From contig JAKZSO010000074.1 in assembly GCA_047517625.1 (NCBI GenBank), positions 1 through 34,422 on the forward strand: a DNA stretch of 34,422 nucleotides, written 5' to 3'. This DNA comes from Alphaproteobacteria bacterium (lineage in GTDB: Bacteria > Pseudomonadota > Alphaproteobacteria > UBA2966 > CAIVPW01). The position numbers and the translations under genes were made by a program. The first letter of the stretch is position 1; every line of letters begins with the position of its first letter. The notes beneath the pieces are model-generated. The model saw nothing but the letters and a program-made list of their open reading frames with translations, did not search any database and was not told the DNA's origin. Positions 7,351 through 18,372 of the stretch are shown piece after piece.

Positions 7351-8712
7351 ATGTTTGAAAGCCTTTCAAGCCGGCTATCCGACGCCTTTGACGCCCTGAA
7401 GAAACGTGGGGCGCTGCGCGAGGCGGATGTGGACGACGCCCTGCGCGAAGTCCGGGTGGCGTTATTAGAGGCCGACGTCGCCCTTGACGTGGTCAAAGAC
7501 TTCATCGCCGCGGTACGCGAAAAGGCGGTGGGGGCCGAGGTGGTGCACAGCGTCGCCCCGGCCCAGATGGTCATCAAGATTGTCCACGATCAAATGGTCG
7601 AAATGCTGGGCGCCGAGGCAGAGAGCATCAACATCGCCGCCGCCCCCCCGGCCGCGATTCTGATGGTGGGGCTCCAGGGCTCCGGCAAAACCACGACCAC
7701 CGCTAAGATCGGCTTGCGCCTGACCCAACGCGAAAAGAAACAAGTGCTGATGGCGTCATTGGACGTTCATCGCCCCGCCGCCGAGGAGCAATTGCGGGTG
7801 CTGGGGGAAGAAGCGGGAATTCCCACACTGCCCGTCGTCGAAGGTCAAATGCCGGCTGACATCGCCAGGCGGGCCATGGATTCCGCCCGCCTGCGCGGCG
7901 TCGACGTGGTGTTGCTGGACACCGCCGGCAGACTTCATGTGGACGAGGCGTTGATGGCCGAAGCCGTGCAAATCCGTGATGCGGTCAAACCGGTGGAAAT
8001 TCTGTTGGTCGCCGATGCCCTGACCGGCCAAGACGCGGTGAACACGGCGAAAGCGTTCAAGGAACGGCTGGATGTCACCGGTATCGCGCTCACCCGCACC
8101 GACGGCGACGCCCGGGGAGGCGCTGCCCTGAGCATGCGGGCGGTCACCGGTTGCCCGATCAAACTGCTTGGCACCAGTGAAAAGCTCGACGGCCTGGAGA
8201 CTTTTCACCCGGACCGGGTGGCGTCACGCATTCTCGGCATGGGCGATGTGATCAGCCTGGTGGAAAAAGCCACCGAGACCGTCGACGCCGAAGACGCCGC
8301 CAGGCTCGAAGCGAAGATGCGCAAGGGCACCTTCGATTTGGAGGACTACCTGATGCAAATTCGCCAGATGCGCAAGATGGGCGGAATGGATGGGCTTTTG
8401 GCCATGCTGCCGGGCATGGGCAAGGCAAAAAAGCAAATGGCCGCGGCCAACATCGACGACAGTCTGCTTAACCGCCAGGAAGCCATCGTCTTGTCGATGA
8501 CCCCGACGGAGCGCCACAAGGTGAAAATTCTAAACGGCTCGCGCAAGCGCCGAATTGCCAAGGGCTCCGGCACCACGGTCCAGGACGTCAATCGCCTGGT
8601 GAAGCAACACCGGCAGATGGCGGACATGGTGAAAAAGATGGGCAAGCTCGGCAAAAAGGGCTTCTTGCGGCATGGGATGCCGGGAATGCCCGGGCCCGGA
8701 CAGCTGCAATAA
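7351..8712 (+). CDS. ffh: signal recognition particle protein Ffh
   Basis: MFESLSSRLSDAFDALKK..., GLQGSGKTTT, DTAGRL, TRTDGDARGG and a Met-rich M domain. The ORF-track start (7246) is an upstream extension. Confidence 0.95.
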   Translation: MFESLSSRLSDAFDALKKRGALREADVDDALREVRVALLEADVALDVVKDFIAAVREKAVGAEVVHSVAPAQMVIKIVHDQMVEMLGAEAESINIAAAPPAAILMVGLQGSGKTTTTAKIGLRLTQREKKQVLMASLDVHRPAAEEQLRVLGEEAGIPTLPVVEGQMPADIARRAMDSARLRGVDVVLLDTAGRLHVDEALMAEAVQIRDAVKPVEILLVADALTGQDAVNTAKAFKERLDVTGIALTRTDGDARGGAALSMRAVTGCPIKLLGTSEKLDGLETFHPDRVASRILGMGDVISLVEKATETVDAEDAARLEAKMRKGTFDLEDYLMQIRQMRKMGGMDGLLAMLPGMGKAKKQMAAANIDDSLLNRQEAIVLSMTPTERHKVKILNGSRKRRIAKGSGTTVQDVNRLVKQHRQMADMVKKMGKLGKKGFLRHGMPGMPGPGQLQ

Positions 8713-8748
8713 CTTTTGAAAATGGAACGTAAGAGGAAGGTTCTGTAA

Positions 8749-9567
8749 ATGGCACTGAGAATTCGTATGGCGCGGGGCGGCGCGAAAAAGCGTCCCTATT
8801 ACCGCATTGTGATCGCTGACTCCCGCAGCCCTCGAGATGGCCGATTCATCGAAAAGGTCGGCACCTACAATCCGCTTCTGAAAAAAGATGACCCGACCCG
8901 GGTGACCTTGAACGAAGAGCGCATTAAGTATTGGCTCGGCCATGGCGCGACGCCGTCGGATCGCGTCGGACGCTTTTTGGGCGCGGCCAACATCATCCCG
9001 ATGCCGGCCCAGCGCAACAACCCCATCAAGGGCAAGCCCGGGGCCAAGGCGGTGGAGCGGGTGAAAGAGGCCGAGGAAGCCGCCGCGGCGAAAAAGGCCG
9101 AGGCCGAGGAGGCCGCCAAGGCGCCGCCGCCCGTGCCAGAGCCGGAGGCGGAGCCAGAAGTTGCCGACTCGGCGGCAGCGCCAGAAAAAGAGACTGCCGA
9201 GCAGGCGGCAGCGCCAGAAAAAGAGACTGCCGAGCAGGCGCCAGCGCCAGAAAAAGAGACTGCCGAGCAGGCGCCAGCGCCAGAAAAAGAAGCTGCCGAG
9301 CAGGCGCCAGCGCCAGAAAAAGAAGCTGCCGAGCAGGCGGCAGCGCCAGCGCCGGAGGCAGAAACCGCCTCTGAACCGGAGGCCGCACCGGCGCAAGAGG
9401 CAGCCGCAGAGCCGGAGCCAGCGCCAGAACCAGAACCAGAGCCAGAGAAAAAGACCGTCGCGGAACCAGAGGCAACGGCGGACGCTCCGGCCAAGGCCGC
9501 CCCGGCTGACCCTGCCGCCGAGGCTGCCACGGATGACGCCCCAGAGGGCGAGGCAAAAGAGAATTAG
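8749..9567 (+). CDS. rpsP: 30S ribosomal protein S16 with a long Ala/Glu/Pro-rich C-terminal extension
   Basis: The N-terminus [42 protein letters not shown] is canonical S16. An AGAGGAAGG SD lies upstream. Length is 272 aa, and roughly the last 170-190 aa are low complexity. Confidence 0.9.
   Translation: MALRIRMARGGAKKRPYYRIVIADSRSPRDGRFIEKVGTYNPLLKKDDPTRVTLNEERIKYWLGHGATPSDRVGRFLGAANIIPMPAQRNNPIKGKPGAKAVERVKEAEEAAAAKKAEAEEAAKAPPPVPEPEAEPEVADSAAAPEKETAEQAAAPEKETAEQAPAPEKETAEQAPAPEKEAAEQAPAPEKEAAEQAAAPAPEAETASEPEAAPAQEAAAEPEPAPEPEPEPEKKTVAEPEATADAPAKAAPADPAAEAATDDAPEGEAKEN
9172..9336 (+). repeat. 5 x 33-nt near-identical in-frame tandem repeat inside rpsP (A[AP]APEKE[TA]AEQ)
   Basis: The unit gcggcagcgccagaaaaagagactgccgagcag occupies 9172-9204, 9205-9237, 9238-9270, 9271-9303 and 9304-9336, with only 1-4 substitutions per unit. 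Confidence 0.9.
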
Positions 9568-9582
9568 GTCCGGAACTAAACC

Positions 9583-10116
9583 ATGCCGGACCAAGTGCAG
9601 CAAGTGTGTTTGGGAGTGGTGATCAGCGCCCACGGGATCAGGGGCGAAGTGAACGTTCGGTCCTATTCCGGCACACCACAGGGGTTGGCCGCATATGGGG
9701 CTTTCACCGACGAAGACGGAAAAACCCTGGAGGTTTCGGCGATGCGCCAGGGGCCAAAAGGCCCGGTGCTGCGGTTCGCCGGGGTCGCCGACCGCAATGG
9801 CGCCGAGGCTTTGAAGGGCACCCGGCTTTTTGTTGGCCGCGATCAGCTGCCGGACCTGGAGACCGAGGAGTACTATCACAGCGACCTTGTGGGGCTGGCC
9901 GTAGAGATCCAAGGCAAGGTCGTAGGCAAAGTAACGGCGGTCCACAATTTCGGCGCCGGCGATATCATTGAAATTGCCACGACTGGCCAAAATTCGGTGA
10001 TGCTGCCTTTTACTCGGGAGATCGTGCCCAAAGTCGACATTCCGGGCGGTGCATTGGGGGCCGATCCGCCACCGGGGTATTTTGACGGTTCAGAAGACAC
10101 AAACGGCCAACCATAA
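9583..10116 (+). CDS. rimM: 16S rRNA processing protein RimM
   Basis: [18 protein letters not shown]... PRC-barrel architecture, in the conserved rpsP-rimM-trmD-rplS context. Confidence 0.9.
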   Translation: MPDQVQQVCLGVVISAHGIRGEVNVRSYSGTPQGLAAYGAFTDEDGKTLEVSAMRQGPKGPVLRFAGVADRNGAEALKGTRLFVGRDQLPDLETEEYYHSDLVGLAVEIQGKVVGKVTAVHNFGAGDIIEIATTGQNSVMLPFTREIVPKVDIPGGALGADPPPGYFDGSEDTNGQP

Positions 10117-10135
10117 GGGTTTTGAGGAACCAGAG

Positions 10136-10894
10136 ATGACGGCCAGCCAAGCCAGTCACCAAGCCGGTCAGTGGATTGCCCAGGTCTTGACCCTTTTTCC
10201 CAGCATGTTTCCAGGGGCGCTGGGCGAGTCCTTGGCCGGAGCGGCGCTCAAAGATGGCCTCTGGGCCCTGGAAACGGTGGACATCCGCGAGTTTGCGGGC
10301 GATAAACACGCCACCGTCGACGATGCGCCGTTCGGCGGGGGTCCAGGAATGGTAATGCGGCCCGATGTGCTTGGAAAAGCCATCGATTCGGCGCGGGCTG
10401 CCGGGACCAAGGACATGCCGTTGATTTACTTGTCGCCAAAGGGGCGGCGCTTGGATCAGCGGCGGGTCCGGGCGTTAAGCACCGGTCCAGGGATGACCCT
10501 GGTATGTGGCCGGTTCGAAGGTGTGGACCAGCGCGTACTTGTTCAGCGTGATGTGGAGGAAATAAGCCTCGGGGATTTTGTCCTGTCCGGGGGGGAACCG
10601 GCAGCGCTGGTATTGATTGATGCCGTTGTGCGCCTTCTGCCCGGAGTGATCGGCGACAAAAGTTCGGCGGTCGAAGAGAGTTTTGAATTTGGGTTATTGG
10701 AGTACCCCCAGTACACCAGACCCAGGAAATGGGAAGATCAAACGGTTCCAGAGGTTTTACTGTCGGGTGACCACGAAAAAATAAGGGCGTGGCGGCGAGA
10801 TCAAGCGGAAGCGGTTACAAAAGAGCGCCGAGACGATTTGTGGCAATCCTACCAGTCGGCAGGGCGGCAAAGCGGGACGAAGGGGCGGCGATAA
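10136..10894 (+). CDS. trmD: tRNA (guanine37-N1)-methyltransferase TrmD
   Basis: [11 protein letters not shown]..., [13 protein letters not shown] and [11 protein letters not shown] motifs. A GAGGAA SD precedes ATG 10136. The ORF-track start (10049) overlaps rimM. Confidence 0.95.
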   Translation: MTASQASHQAGQWIAQVLTLFPSMFPGALGESLAGAALKDGLWALETVDIREFAGDKHATVDDAPFGGGPGMVMRPDVLGKAIDSARAAGTKDMPLIYLSPKGRRLDQRRVRALSTGPGMTLVCGRFEGVDQRVLVQRDVEEISLGDFVLSGGEPAALVLIDAVVRLLPGVIGDKSSAVEESFEFGLLEYPQYTRPRKWEDQTVPEVLLSGDHEKIRAWRRDQAEAVTKERRDDLWQSYQSAGRQSGTKGRR

Positions 10895-10916
10895 AGACGA
10901 TCAAAAAGGTGATGCC

Positions 10917-11360
10917 ATGGACATGTTAAGTGAGTTCAACGCCGCCCAGGCCCAAGCGCTGGATGCGGAGCGGCCCGTCCCCGAATTTTCCCCGGGGGAC
11001 ACCTTGCGGGTGAACGTGAAGGTCGTCGAAGGCAGCCGCGAGCGTATTCAGGCCTTTGAAGGGGTTTGCATTGCCCGCAGAAACCGCGGCTTGAACTCTT
11101 CTTTTACAGTGCGCAAGATTTCCTATGGCGAAGGCGTCGAGCGGATTTTCCAACTGTATTCGCGGAATATCGCCGGCATCGAAGTGGTGCGGCGGGGCGT
11201 CGTGCGGCGCGCCAAGCTATATTATTTGCGTGGCCTTTCCGGCAAACGTGCCCGCATTGCGGAAAAGCAGGAATGGCGGGATGCTAAGCCAAAGGCAGAT
11301 GCCAAGCCAAAGAAAGATGCCAAAGAGGCCGCCACAGAAGCTGCCACCGCGAAAAAATAA
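10917..11360 (+). CDS. rplS: 50S ribosomal protein L19 with a short Lys/Ala-rich C-terminal tail
   Basis: [55 protein letters not shown] is canonical L19. The tail is [26 protein letters not shown]. Confidence 0.95.
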   Translation: MDMLSEFNAAQAQALDAERPVPEFSPGDTLRVNVKVVEGSRERIQAFEGVCIARRNRGLNSSFTVRKISYGEGVERIFQLYSRNIAGIEVVRRGVVRRAKLYYLRGLSGKRARIAEKQEWRDAKPKADAKPKKDAKEAATEAATAKK

Positions 11361-11362
11361 CT

Positions 11363-11393
11363 CCGGCGCAAGCGCCCGCGCCGGCCCCTTTTT
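11363..11393 (+). terminator. intrinsic terminator candidate after rplS
   Basis: A 7-bp GC stem, CCGGCGC (11363-11369) / GCGCCGG (11378-11384), is followed by CCCC-TTTTT (11385-11393). Confidence 0.5.
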
Positions 11394-11431
11394 GGGGCGA
11401 TACGGCGCAAAATTTTGAGCGAAGGCCAGAA

Positions 11432-12841
11432 ATGGCTATTCCGAAAACGCTGTTCGACAAAATTTGGGACTCCCACGTCGTCGACGTGGCCGGCGAGGGC
11501 ACAACGTTGCTGTACGTGGACCGTCATTTGGTGCACGAGGTCACCAGCCCCCAGGCATTCGAAGGCCTACGCTTGGCGGGACGTACAGTCCGGCGGCCGG
11601 ATCTAACCTTGGCGGTGGCCGATCACAACGTTCCCACCACGAACCGCGATCAAGGTTTCGCCGATCCCCAAGCCAAACTTCAGGTAGAAACCTTGGAAGC
11701 CAATTGCGCTGAATTCGGCATCCAATATTTTTCCATGGACGACGTGCGCCAGGGGATCGTCCATATCGTCGGCCCGGAACAGGGCATGACTCAGCCGGGC
11801 ATGACCATCGTCTGCGGCGATTCCCACACCGCCACCCACGGTGCCTTTGGCGCCTTGGCGTTTGGCATTGGCACGTCCGAGGTTGAACACACTCTGGCCA
11901 CCCAAACCCTGTTGCAACGGCGGCCCAAATCAATGCGCATCACCATCGATGGTGCGTTGCCGTTTGGCGTAACCGCCAAGGACCTGATCTTGGCCGCCAT
12001 CGGCCAAATCGGCACGGCGGGGGCCACCGGCCACGTCATCGAATACGCGGGCTCGGCAATCGCCAACCTGTCCATGGCCGGGCGCATGACCGTGTGCAAT
12101 ATGTCCATCGAAGCCGGGGCCCGGGCCGGGTTGGTCGCCCCGGACGAGACGACGTACGACTACTTGCGCGGGCGGCCCATGGCGCCCCAGGGCGACAATT
12201 TTGACCAAGCCGTCGCTGAATGGCGTCTGTTGGCTTCGGACCCCGGGGCCACCTATGACAAAGAAGTGATTTTGGACACCGCAAACATCGCCCCACAAAT
12301 CACCTGGGGCACCAGCCCGGAGGATGTCGTGCCGGTAACGGGTGCGGTGCCCGACCCGGCCAATGAAGACGATGCTGGGCGGCGATCAAAAATGGAACGA
12401 TCCTTGGATTATATGGATTTGTCGGCCGGAACGCTCATAACCGACATTGCCATCGACCGGGTGTTCATCGGCAGCTGCACCAATGGCCGTATGGAGGACT
12501 TGCGCGCCGCTGCCGCTGTCGCCAAGGGCCGCCGGGTGGCCAGTTCCGTCAGCGCCATGGTGGTGCCGGGGTCGGGATTGATCAAACGCCAGGCCGAAGA
12601 AGAAGGCCTGGACAAAATCTTCCTGGAAGCCGGGTTTGAATGGCGGGACGCCGGGTGCTCCATGTGCCTGGCCATGAACGCAGACGTTTTAGCGCCAGGC
12701 GAACGCTGCGCCTCCACATCCAACCGCAATTTTGAAGGCCGCCAGGGCCGCGGCGGCCGCACCCATTTGGTCAGCCCGGCGATGGCGGCGGCGGCGGCTG
12801 TTTCCGGTCACTTGGCCGATGTCCGCGAATTGGTTGATTAG
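11432..12841 (+). CDS. leuC: 3-isopropylmalate dehydratase large subunit
   Basis: Aconitase-family motifs ([20 protein letters not shown], Fe-S ligand cysteines in FIGSCTNGR and GCSMCL). Length 469 aa, followed by leuD. Confidence 0.95.
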   Translation: MAIPKTLFDKIWDSHVVDVAGEGTTLLYVDRHLVHEVTSPQAFEGLRLAGRTVRRPDLTLAVADHNVPTTNRDQGFADPQAKLQVETLEANCAEFGIQYFSMDDVRQGIVHIVGPEQGMTQPGMTIVCGDSHTATHGAFGALAFGIGTSEVEHTLATQTLLQRRPKSMRITIDGALPFGVTAKDLILAAIGQIGTAGATGHVIEYAGSAIANLSMAGRMTVCNMSIEAGARAGLVAPDETTYDYLRGRPMAPQGDNFDQAVAEWRLLASDPGATYDKEVILDTANIAPQITWGTSPEDVVPVTGAVPDPANEDDAGRRSKMERSLDYMDLSAGTLITDIAIDRVFIGSCTNGRMEDLRAAAAVAKGRRVASSVSAMVVPGSGLIKRQAEEEGLDKIFLEAGFEWRDAGCSMCLAMNADVLAPGERCASTSNRNFEGRQGRGGRTHLVSPAMAAAAAVSGHLADVRELVD

Positions 12842-12851
12842 GAACGAGCCC

Positions 12852-13475
12852 ATGGAATCTTTCAACACCTTGTCCGGCGTGGCCGCTCCCTTGCCCATGG
12901 TCAATGTCGATACCGACATGATTATCCCCAAGCAGTTCTTGAAAACCATCAGGCGCACCGGCTTGGGTGCCCACTTGTTCGACGAGCTCAGGCGCACCCC
13001 GGAGGGCGAGGAGATTTCCGATTTTGTCTTGAACCAGCCGCGTTTTCGCAGCGCTTGCATCTTGATTGCTGGGGCGAATTTTGGGTGCGGGTCCAGTCGC
13101 GAACACGCCCCTTGGGCCCTGGCCGACTTTGGCATCCGGGCGATTATCGCCCCCAGTTTCGCCGACATTTTCTTCAACAACTGCTTTCAAAACGGCATGT
13201 TGCCCATCGTCTTGCCCGAGGACCTGGTGAAAGAACTGAGTGCTGAAGCCGAAAAAGGGGAAAACCACACGTTCATGATCGATTTACCAAGTCAACGTAT
13301 TGTCCGCCCCGGTGGAAGCGAAATTTCATTCCAGGTGGACGCGTTCCGCAAGGATTGTCTGCTGAATGGGTTGGATGACATTGGGCTGACGCTCAAAAAA
13401 TCAGAGCAGATTTCGACATTTGAAAACAATCAGCGCGCGGCGCAGCCGTGGTCGCAAGGGCGCGCGCCTCATTAA
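12852..13475 (+). CDS. leuD: 3-isopropylmalate dehydratase small subunit
   Basis: [31 protein letters not shown]... and [17 protein letters not shown]. The ORF-track start (12732) overlaps leuC. Confidence 0.95.
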   Translation: MESFNTLSGVAAPLPMVNVDTDMIIPKQFLKTIRRTGLGAHLFDELRRTPEGEEISDFVLNQPRFRSACILIAGANFGCGSSREHAPWALADFGIRAIIAPSFADIFFNNCFQNGMLPIVLPEDLVKELSAEAEKGENHTFMIDLPSQRIVRPGGSEISFQVDAFRKDCLLNGLDDIGLTLKKSEQISTFENNQRAAQPWSQGRAPH

Positions 13476-13493
13476 TTTGGAGTTCTAACTGGT

Positions 13494-14615
13494 ATGGCGA
13501 GTTTGGGAACGTTGTTGTTGTTGCCGGGAGATGGGATTGGTCCGGAAGTCATGGCCGAAGTCCGGCGCGTGTGCGCCTGGCTGGCCAAGTCGTGCGGCCA
13601 CGAATTCGTAATCACGGAAGGATTGGTCGGCGGTGCGTCCTATGACGCCCACGGCACCCCGCTGACCGACGAAACGTTGGACATGGCGAAGGCTGCCGAC
13701 GCTGTGCTTCTTGGCGCCGTGGGCGGGCCAAAATGGGATGAACTGGACTTCACCGTAAAGCCCGAACGGGGGTTGCTGCGCCTGCGCAAGGAAATGGATT
13801 TGTACGCCAATCTGCGCCCCGCCGTGGTTTTCGAGGCCTTGGCTGATGCGTCATCCCTGAAGCCCGAATTGGTTTTCGGCCTGGATATCTTGATTGTCCG
13901 GGAATTGACCGGCGGCGTGTATTTTGGCGAGCCGAGGGGCATCGAAGAATTGAAGGACGGCACGTTTCGCGGGGTCAATACCCAGGTGTACACCACGGAA
14001 GAGATTCGCCGGGTCGGCCGGGTGGCGTTCGATTTAGCGGCTAAGCGGGACAACCGGGTGTGTTCGGTGGAAAAATCCAATGTCATGGAATCCGGCCTGT
14101 TGTGGCGCAACGAAACGGACAAACTGCACCAGGCTGAATACGCCGATATGGAACTTTCCCACATGTACGCGGACAATTGCGCGATGCAGCTGGTGCGGGA
14201 GCCAAAGCAGTTTGATGTGATCGTCACCGACAATCTGTTCGGGGACATGCTGTCCGACGAAGCGGCGATGCTGACCGGGTCATTGGGCATGCTGCCCAGC
14301 GCCTCTCTGGGGAAGGAGGACGCCAACGGGCGCCGGGCCGCCTTGTATGAGCCGGTCCATGGCAGCGCCCCGGATATCGCCGGAACCGGCGCCGCCAACC
14401 CCCTGGCGGCCATCTTGAGTTTTGCCATGATGTTGCGATATTCATTTGGGCTGGAGGCGGAGGCGTCGGAAATAGAGGCAGCGGCGGGACAGATTTTGAA
14501 AGGCGGCTTGCGCACCGCGGACATCATGCAGCCGGGCAAGGCGAAAGTTTCCACCCATGTGATGGGCGAAGCCTTGATCGGCGAATTGGAAAAATCTGAC
14601 AGGGTCGCGGCCTAG
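13494..14615 (+). CDS. leuB: 3-isopropylmalate dehydrogenase
   Basis: [12 protein letters not shown], the [26 protein letters not shown] signature and HGSAPDIAG. Confidence 0.95.
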   Translation: MASLGTLLLLPGDGIGPEVMAEVRRVCAWLAKSCGHEFVITEGLVGGASYDAHGTPLTDETLDMAKAADAVLLGAVGGPKWDELDFTVKPERGLLRLRKEMDLYANLRPAVVFEALADASSLKPELVFGLDILIVRELTGGVYFGEPRGIEELKDGTFRGVNTQVYTTEEIRRVGRVAFDLAAKRDNRVCSVEKSNVMESGLLWRNETDKLHQAEYADMELSHMYADNCAMQLVREPKQFDVIVTDNLFGDMLSDEAAMLTGSLGMLPSASLGKEDANGRRAALYEPVHGSAPDIAGTGAANPLAAILSFAMMLRYSFGLEAEASEIEAAAGQILKGGLRTADIMQPGKAKVSTHVMGEALIGELEKSDRVAA

Positions 14616-14642
14616 GTTGCGGACCGGTTAAAGGGCAAGACA

Positions 14643-15668
14643 ATGGGATATCGCGTAGCGGTGGTTGGCGCCACCGGCAGAGTAGGCGGCGAAATGCTCA
14701 ACATTCTGGACGAGCGCCATTTTGATGTGGTTGAAGTGGCGGCGGTGGCTTCGGAACGATCAGCCGGCAAGGAAGTCAGCTTTGGCCTGGACGGTGTCTT
14801 GAAGGTTCAGGCGCTGAATACTTTCGATTTCAAGGGATGGGATTTGGCGCTGTTTTCCCCCGGGGCAAAAGTGTCCGCCGAATTTGCACCCAAAGCCGCC
14901 GCCGCGGGCTGCACGGTAATCGACAACACCTCGCAATTCCGCATGGATCCGGACGTTCCGTTGGTAGTGCCCGAAGTCAACCCAGACGCAATCGCTGGAA
15001 TGACGGCCAAAAATATTATCGCGAACCCGAATTGTTCAACTATTCAGATGGTGGTGGCCTTAAAGCCGCTCCATGACCGGGCCAAGATCAAACGGGTCGT
15101 GGTGTCCACGTACCAGGCCACGTCGGGGGGTGGCAACGCCGCCATGGACGAGCTGTTCGACCAAACCAAGGGTATTTATGCCACGGTGACGCCCGCGCCA
15201 AAGATGTTTCCAAAGCAGATCGCGTTCAACGTGATCCCCCATATCGATGTGTTCATGGAAGACGGCTACACCAAGGAAGAATGGAAAATGGTGGCGGAAA
15301 CCAAAAAGATCTTGGACCCGGCCATTTTGGTGACAGCAACCTGCGTACGGGTGCCGGTGTTCGTGGGTCACGCGGAAGCGGTCAATGTGGAATTCGAGGC
15401 CCCGCTATCGGCGGACGAGGCGCGGGACATTCTGCGCGAAGCCCCGGGCCTGATGGTGGTGGATAGCCCCGAAGACAACGGATATGTCACGCCGGTGGAT
15501 GCGGCGGGGGAATCGGCCACCTTTGTCAGCCGTATTCGCGAGGATGCGACCGTGGAAAACGGCCTGAATCTGTGGGTCGTTGCCGATAATCTGCGCAAAG
15601 GGGCGGCCCTGAATTCGGTGCAAATCGCCGAACTGCTGGTGAATCGAAAGCTTTTGCAAGCCGCTTGA
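14643..15668 (+). CDS. asd: aspartate-semialdehyde dehydrogenase
   Basis: VAVVGATGRVG, active-site NPNCSTI and QATSGGG. Length 341 aa. Confidence 0.95.
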   Translation: MGYRVAVVGATGRVGGEMLNILDERHFDVVEVAAVASERSAGKEVSFGLDGVLKVQALNTFDFKGWDLALFSPGAKVSAEFAPKAAAAGCTVIDNTSQFRMDPDVPLVVPEVNPDAIAGMTAKNIIANPNCSTIQMVVALKPLHDRAKIKRVVVSTYQATSGGGNAAMDELFDQTKGIYATVTPAPKMFPKQIAFNVIPHIDVFMEDGYTKEEWKMVAETKKILDPAILVTATCVRVPVFVGHAEAVNVEFEAPLSADEARDILREAPGLMVVDSPEDNGYVTPVDAAGESATFVSRIREDATVENGLNLWVVADNLRKGAALNSVQIAELLVNRKLLQAA

Positions 15669-15693
15669 ATTCAACAGCCGCGCTCGGCCTCCG

Positions 15694-15723
15694 TTGACGG
15701 GGCCGAATCCCCGGCCTTACAAT
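15694..15723 (+). promoter_or_regulatory. sigma70-type promoter candidate for sdhCDAB
   Basis: TTGACG (15694-15699), an 18-nt spacer, then TACAAT (15718-15723), about 40 nt upstream of the sdhC start. Confidence 0.5.
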
Positions 15724-15765
15724 CCGACCATGAATCGGCAGCCCTTGGCGTTGCCTGGAGAATTG

Positions 15766-16161
15766 ATGGCAAGACCGAACCGGCCACTGTCTCCGCACTT
15801 GCAGGTCTACCGGCCCCAATGGACGATGATTCTGTCTATTCTGCACAGGATCACAGGCGTGGCTTTGGGGTTGGGCACGCTTTTGCTGGCCTGGTGGCTG
15901 GTGGCGGCCGCCAGCGGACCCGACGCCTTCGCCACAGCCCAGAGAACAGTGGGCTCGATCCCCGGCAGGATTGTGCTGTTGGGGTTCACGTTCTCGCTGT
16001 TCTACCACTTGGCCAACGGCGTCCGGCATTTGTTCTGGGATATGGGCATCGGTTTTGAGCTAAAGGCCGCCCAGAAATCAGGGTGGTTCGCCCTGGTCCT
16101 GGCGGTGGTTCTGACAATCGGGTCCTGGTACGCAGGATATGCGATGCGGGGTCAGGTATGA
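15766..16161 (+). CDS. sdhC: succinate dehydrogenase cytochrome b556 subunit
   Basis: RPLSPHLQVYRPQWTMILSILHRITG matches SdhC. A GGAG SD lies 5 nt before ATG 15766. Three TM segments are present. Confidence 0.9.
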   Translation: MARPNRPLSPHLQVYRPQWTMILSILHRITGVALGLGTLLLAWWLVAAASGPDAFATAQRTVGSIPGRIVLLGFTFSLFYHLANGVRHLFWDMGIGFELKAAQKSGWFALVLAVVLTIGSWYAGYAMRGQV

Positions 16162-16532
16162 CGCTGCGCTCTCCGTTGGGCCGGGCCAAGGGAATGGGAT
16201 CAGCCCGCAGGGGCGCCGACCTGTGGTGGCTGCAACGGGTCACCGCCGTCGCCTTGATCCCCTTGTCGATTTGGCTGATGGCTTCGTTGGTCGCGCTGAC
16301 CGGAGCCGATCATCAGCGGTTTGCCGAATGGGTCGCATCGCCGATCAACGCCGTGGCGTTGCTGCTGGCCATTGCCACATCGTTCTATCATTTCAAGGTC
16401 GGCATGGATGTAGTCATTGAAGACTATGTGCGTTCCGAAGGCCTCAAGATCGCCAGCCTCTTGTTCACAACGTTCGCCACCGTGCTTGTGGGCTCCGTCT
16501 GCGTGTTCGCGGTCTTGAAATTGGCTCTGTAA
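16158..16532 (+). CDS. sdhD: succinate dehydrogenase hydrophobic membrane anchor subunit
   Basis: The ATG overlaps the sdhC stop (ATGA at 16158-16161). [14 protein letters not shown] and [15 protein letters not shown] motifs are present. Confidence 0.9.
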   Translation: MTLRSPLGRAKGMGSARRGADLWWLQRVTAVALIPLSIWLMASLVALTGADHQRFAEWVASPINAVALLLAIATSFYHFKVGMDVVIEDYVRSEGLKIASLLFTTFATVLVGSVCVFAVLKLAL

Positions 16533-16536
16533 CCCC

Positions 16537-18327
16537 TTGGCCGCACCGTATCCAATCACCGACCACACCTATGATGTGGTCGTCGTCGGCGCCGGTGGCG
16601 CCGGTTTGCGCGCAGCCCTTGGCATGGCGGAGGCAGGCTTGCGGACCGCCTGCATCACCAAGGTGTTCCCCACCCGCAGCCATACGGTTGCCGCCCAAGG
16701 AGGGATTTCAGCGGCGTTGGGCAACATGGGCGAGGACGATTGGCGCTGGCACATGTACGACACGGTCAAGGGCTCGGACTGGCTCGGCGATCAGGACGCC
16801 ATCGAATACATGGTCAAGGCCGGACCCGAAGCGGTCATCGAATTAGAGCATTACGGGGTGCCGTTTTCGCGCACGGAAGACGGGCGGATTTATCAGCGGG
16901 CTTTCGGCGGTATGACGACAAACTTTGGCGAAGGCCAGGCCATGCGCACGTGCGCCGCGGCCGACCGCACCGGCCACGCCATTTTGCACGCCTTGTATCA
17001 GCAGTCCCTGAAGTACGACGCCAAGTTCTTTATCGAATATTTCGCTCTGGATTTGATCATGGACGAGGATGGCGCCTGCCGGGGAATTATGGCGTGGAAC
17101 CTGGAAGACGGGTCTATCCACCGCTTCCGCGCCCACATCGTGGTCATGGCCACCGGCGGCATGGGCCGCATGTACCAGTCCACCACGGCGGCCCACACCT
17201 GCACCGGAGACGGCTGCGGCATGGCGCTGCGTGCCGGTCTGCCACTGCAAGACATGGAATTTGTCCAGTTTCATCCCACCGGCATTTACGGGTCGGGGGT
17301 GCTGGTCACCGAAGGCGCAAGGGGCGAAGGCGGATTTTTGGCGAATTCCAAGGGCGAGCGGTTCATGGAAACCTATGCCCCCAGCGCCAAGGATCTGGCG
17401 TCGCGAGACGTCGTCAGCCGCGCCATTTCGTTGGAAATCCGAGCGGGGCGGGGGGTCGGCGACAAGGGCGACCACATCTATCTGCACGTGGACCATTTGG
17501 GCGACAGCGTGCTCAACGAACGCCTGCCCGGGGTCATCGAAAATGGCCGGGTGTTCGCAGGGGTCGACGTCAGAAAAGAGCCGATCCCCGTGGTCCCGAC
17601 CGCCCACTACAACATGGGCGGCATCCCCACCAACATTGCCGGGGAAGCTTTGATCCCAACGGAGGACGATCTTAATGCGGTGGTTCCGGGGTTGATGGCC
17701 ATCGGCGAGGGATCCTGTGTTTCGGTCCACGGCGCCAACCGCCTGGGATCCAATTCCTTGCTCGACCTAGTGGTTTTTGGCCGCGTCGCGGCCGATTTCG
17801 CCGCCGAAAACCTGAAGCCGGACGCACCCCACAAGGAATTGCCAAAAGCCGCGGGAGATGCGGCGCTCGATCGGCTGGATCGCATGCGCCACGCCGACGG
17901 CGGGACACCGACCGCGAAAATCCGTCAAGCGATGCAGAAAACCATGCAGGAAACCTGCGCGGTGTTCCGCACCGAAGAATTGCTGGACGAGGGCAAAACC
18001 AGGATGGCAGCCGTCTGGGATATGCTGCCCGATATTGCCGTGTCCGACCGGTCAATGATGTGGAACACGGATTTGATGGAAACCTTGGAGCTCGACAACT
18101 TGGTGCGCCAGGCTGTCGTCACCTTGCATTCCGCCGCGGCCCGAAAAGAAAGCCGGGGCGCCCATGCCAGGGAAGATTTCAAAGAGCGCGACGACGAAAA
18201 TTGGATGAAACACAGCGTTTCACGGCTCGACGAGGCTGGCGGGGTTACATTGGTCTATCGGGATGTTCAGGGAAATCCGTTGACCGACGAGATTGACCCG
18301 ATCCCGCCGAAACCTAGAGTCTATTGA
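16537..18327 (+). CDS. sdhA: succinate dehydrogenase flavoprotein subunit
   Basis: [17 protein letters not shown] fold, the SHTVAAQGG covalent-FAD His motif and the C-terminal RGAHAREDF. The apparent start is TTG at 16537, 4 nt after the sdhD stop. Confidence 0.95.
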   Translation: MAAPYPITDHTYDVVVVGAGGAGLRAALGMAEAGLRTACITKVFPTRSHTVAAQGGISAALGNMGEDDWRWHMYDTVKGSDWLGDQDAIEYMVKAGPEAVIELEHYGVPFSRTEDGRIYQRAFGGMTTNFGEGQAMRTCAAADRTGHAILHALYQQSLKYDAKFFIEYFALDLIMDEDGACRGIMAWNLEDGSIHRFRAHIVVMATGGMGRMYQSTTAAHTCTGDGCGMALRAGLPLQDMEFVQFHPTGIYGSGVLVTEGARGEGGFLANSKGERFMETYAPSAKDLASRDVVSRAISLEIRAGRGVGDKGDHIYLHVDHLGDSVLNERLPGVIENGRVFAGVDVRKEPIPVVPTAHYNMGGIPTNIAGEALIPTEDDLNAVVPGLMAIGEGSCVSVHGANRLGSNSLLDLVVFGRVAADFAAENLKPDAPHKELPKAAGDAALDRLDRMRHADGGTPTAKIRQAMQKTMQETCAVFRTEELLDEGKTRMAAVWDMLPDIAVSDRSMMWNTDLMETLELDNLVRQAVVTLHSAAARKESRGAHAREDFKERDDENWMKHSVSRLDEAGGVTLVYRDVQGNPLTDEIDPIPPKPRVY

Positions 18328-18372
18328 TGGCGACGCTGAGCCCGCCCAGACGCGGACAACGGATTAGGTTCG

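Noticed and set aside
6249-7577. 5'-extended ORF calls in the track: dapF to 7577, ffh from 7246, trmD from 10049, leuD from 12732, sdhC from 15694, sdhD from 16083, helicase from 24725, yciB from 1451 and the repeat gene from 3968.
   Set aside because: The extensions overlap neighbouring genes or are Arg/Pro-rich. Internal starts coincide with canonical family N-termini and SD sequences.
8530-9990. A 486-aa minus-strand ORF spanning the ffh end, rpsP and rimM, with striking [11 protein letters not shown] repeats.
   Set aside because: It is the antisense shadow of well-supported + strand genes (canonical S16 and RimM motifs, SD sites). Its repeats simply mirror the rpsP 33-nt array. The composition is Arg/Trp/Leu/Gly junk typical of GC-rich antisense frames.
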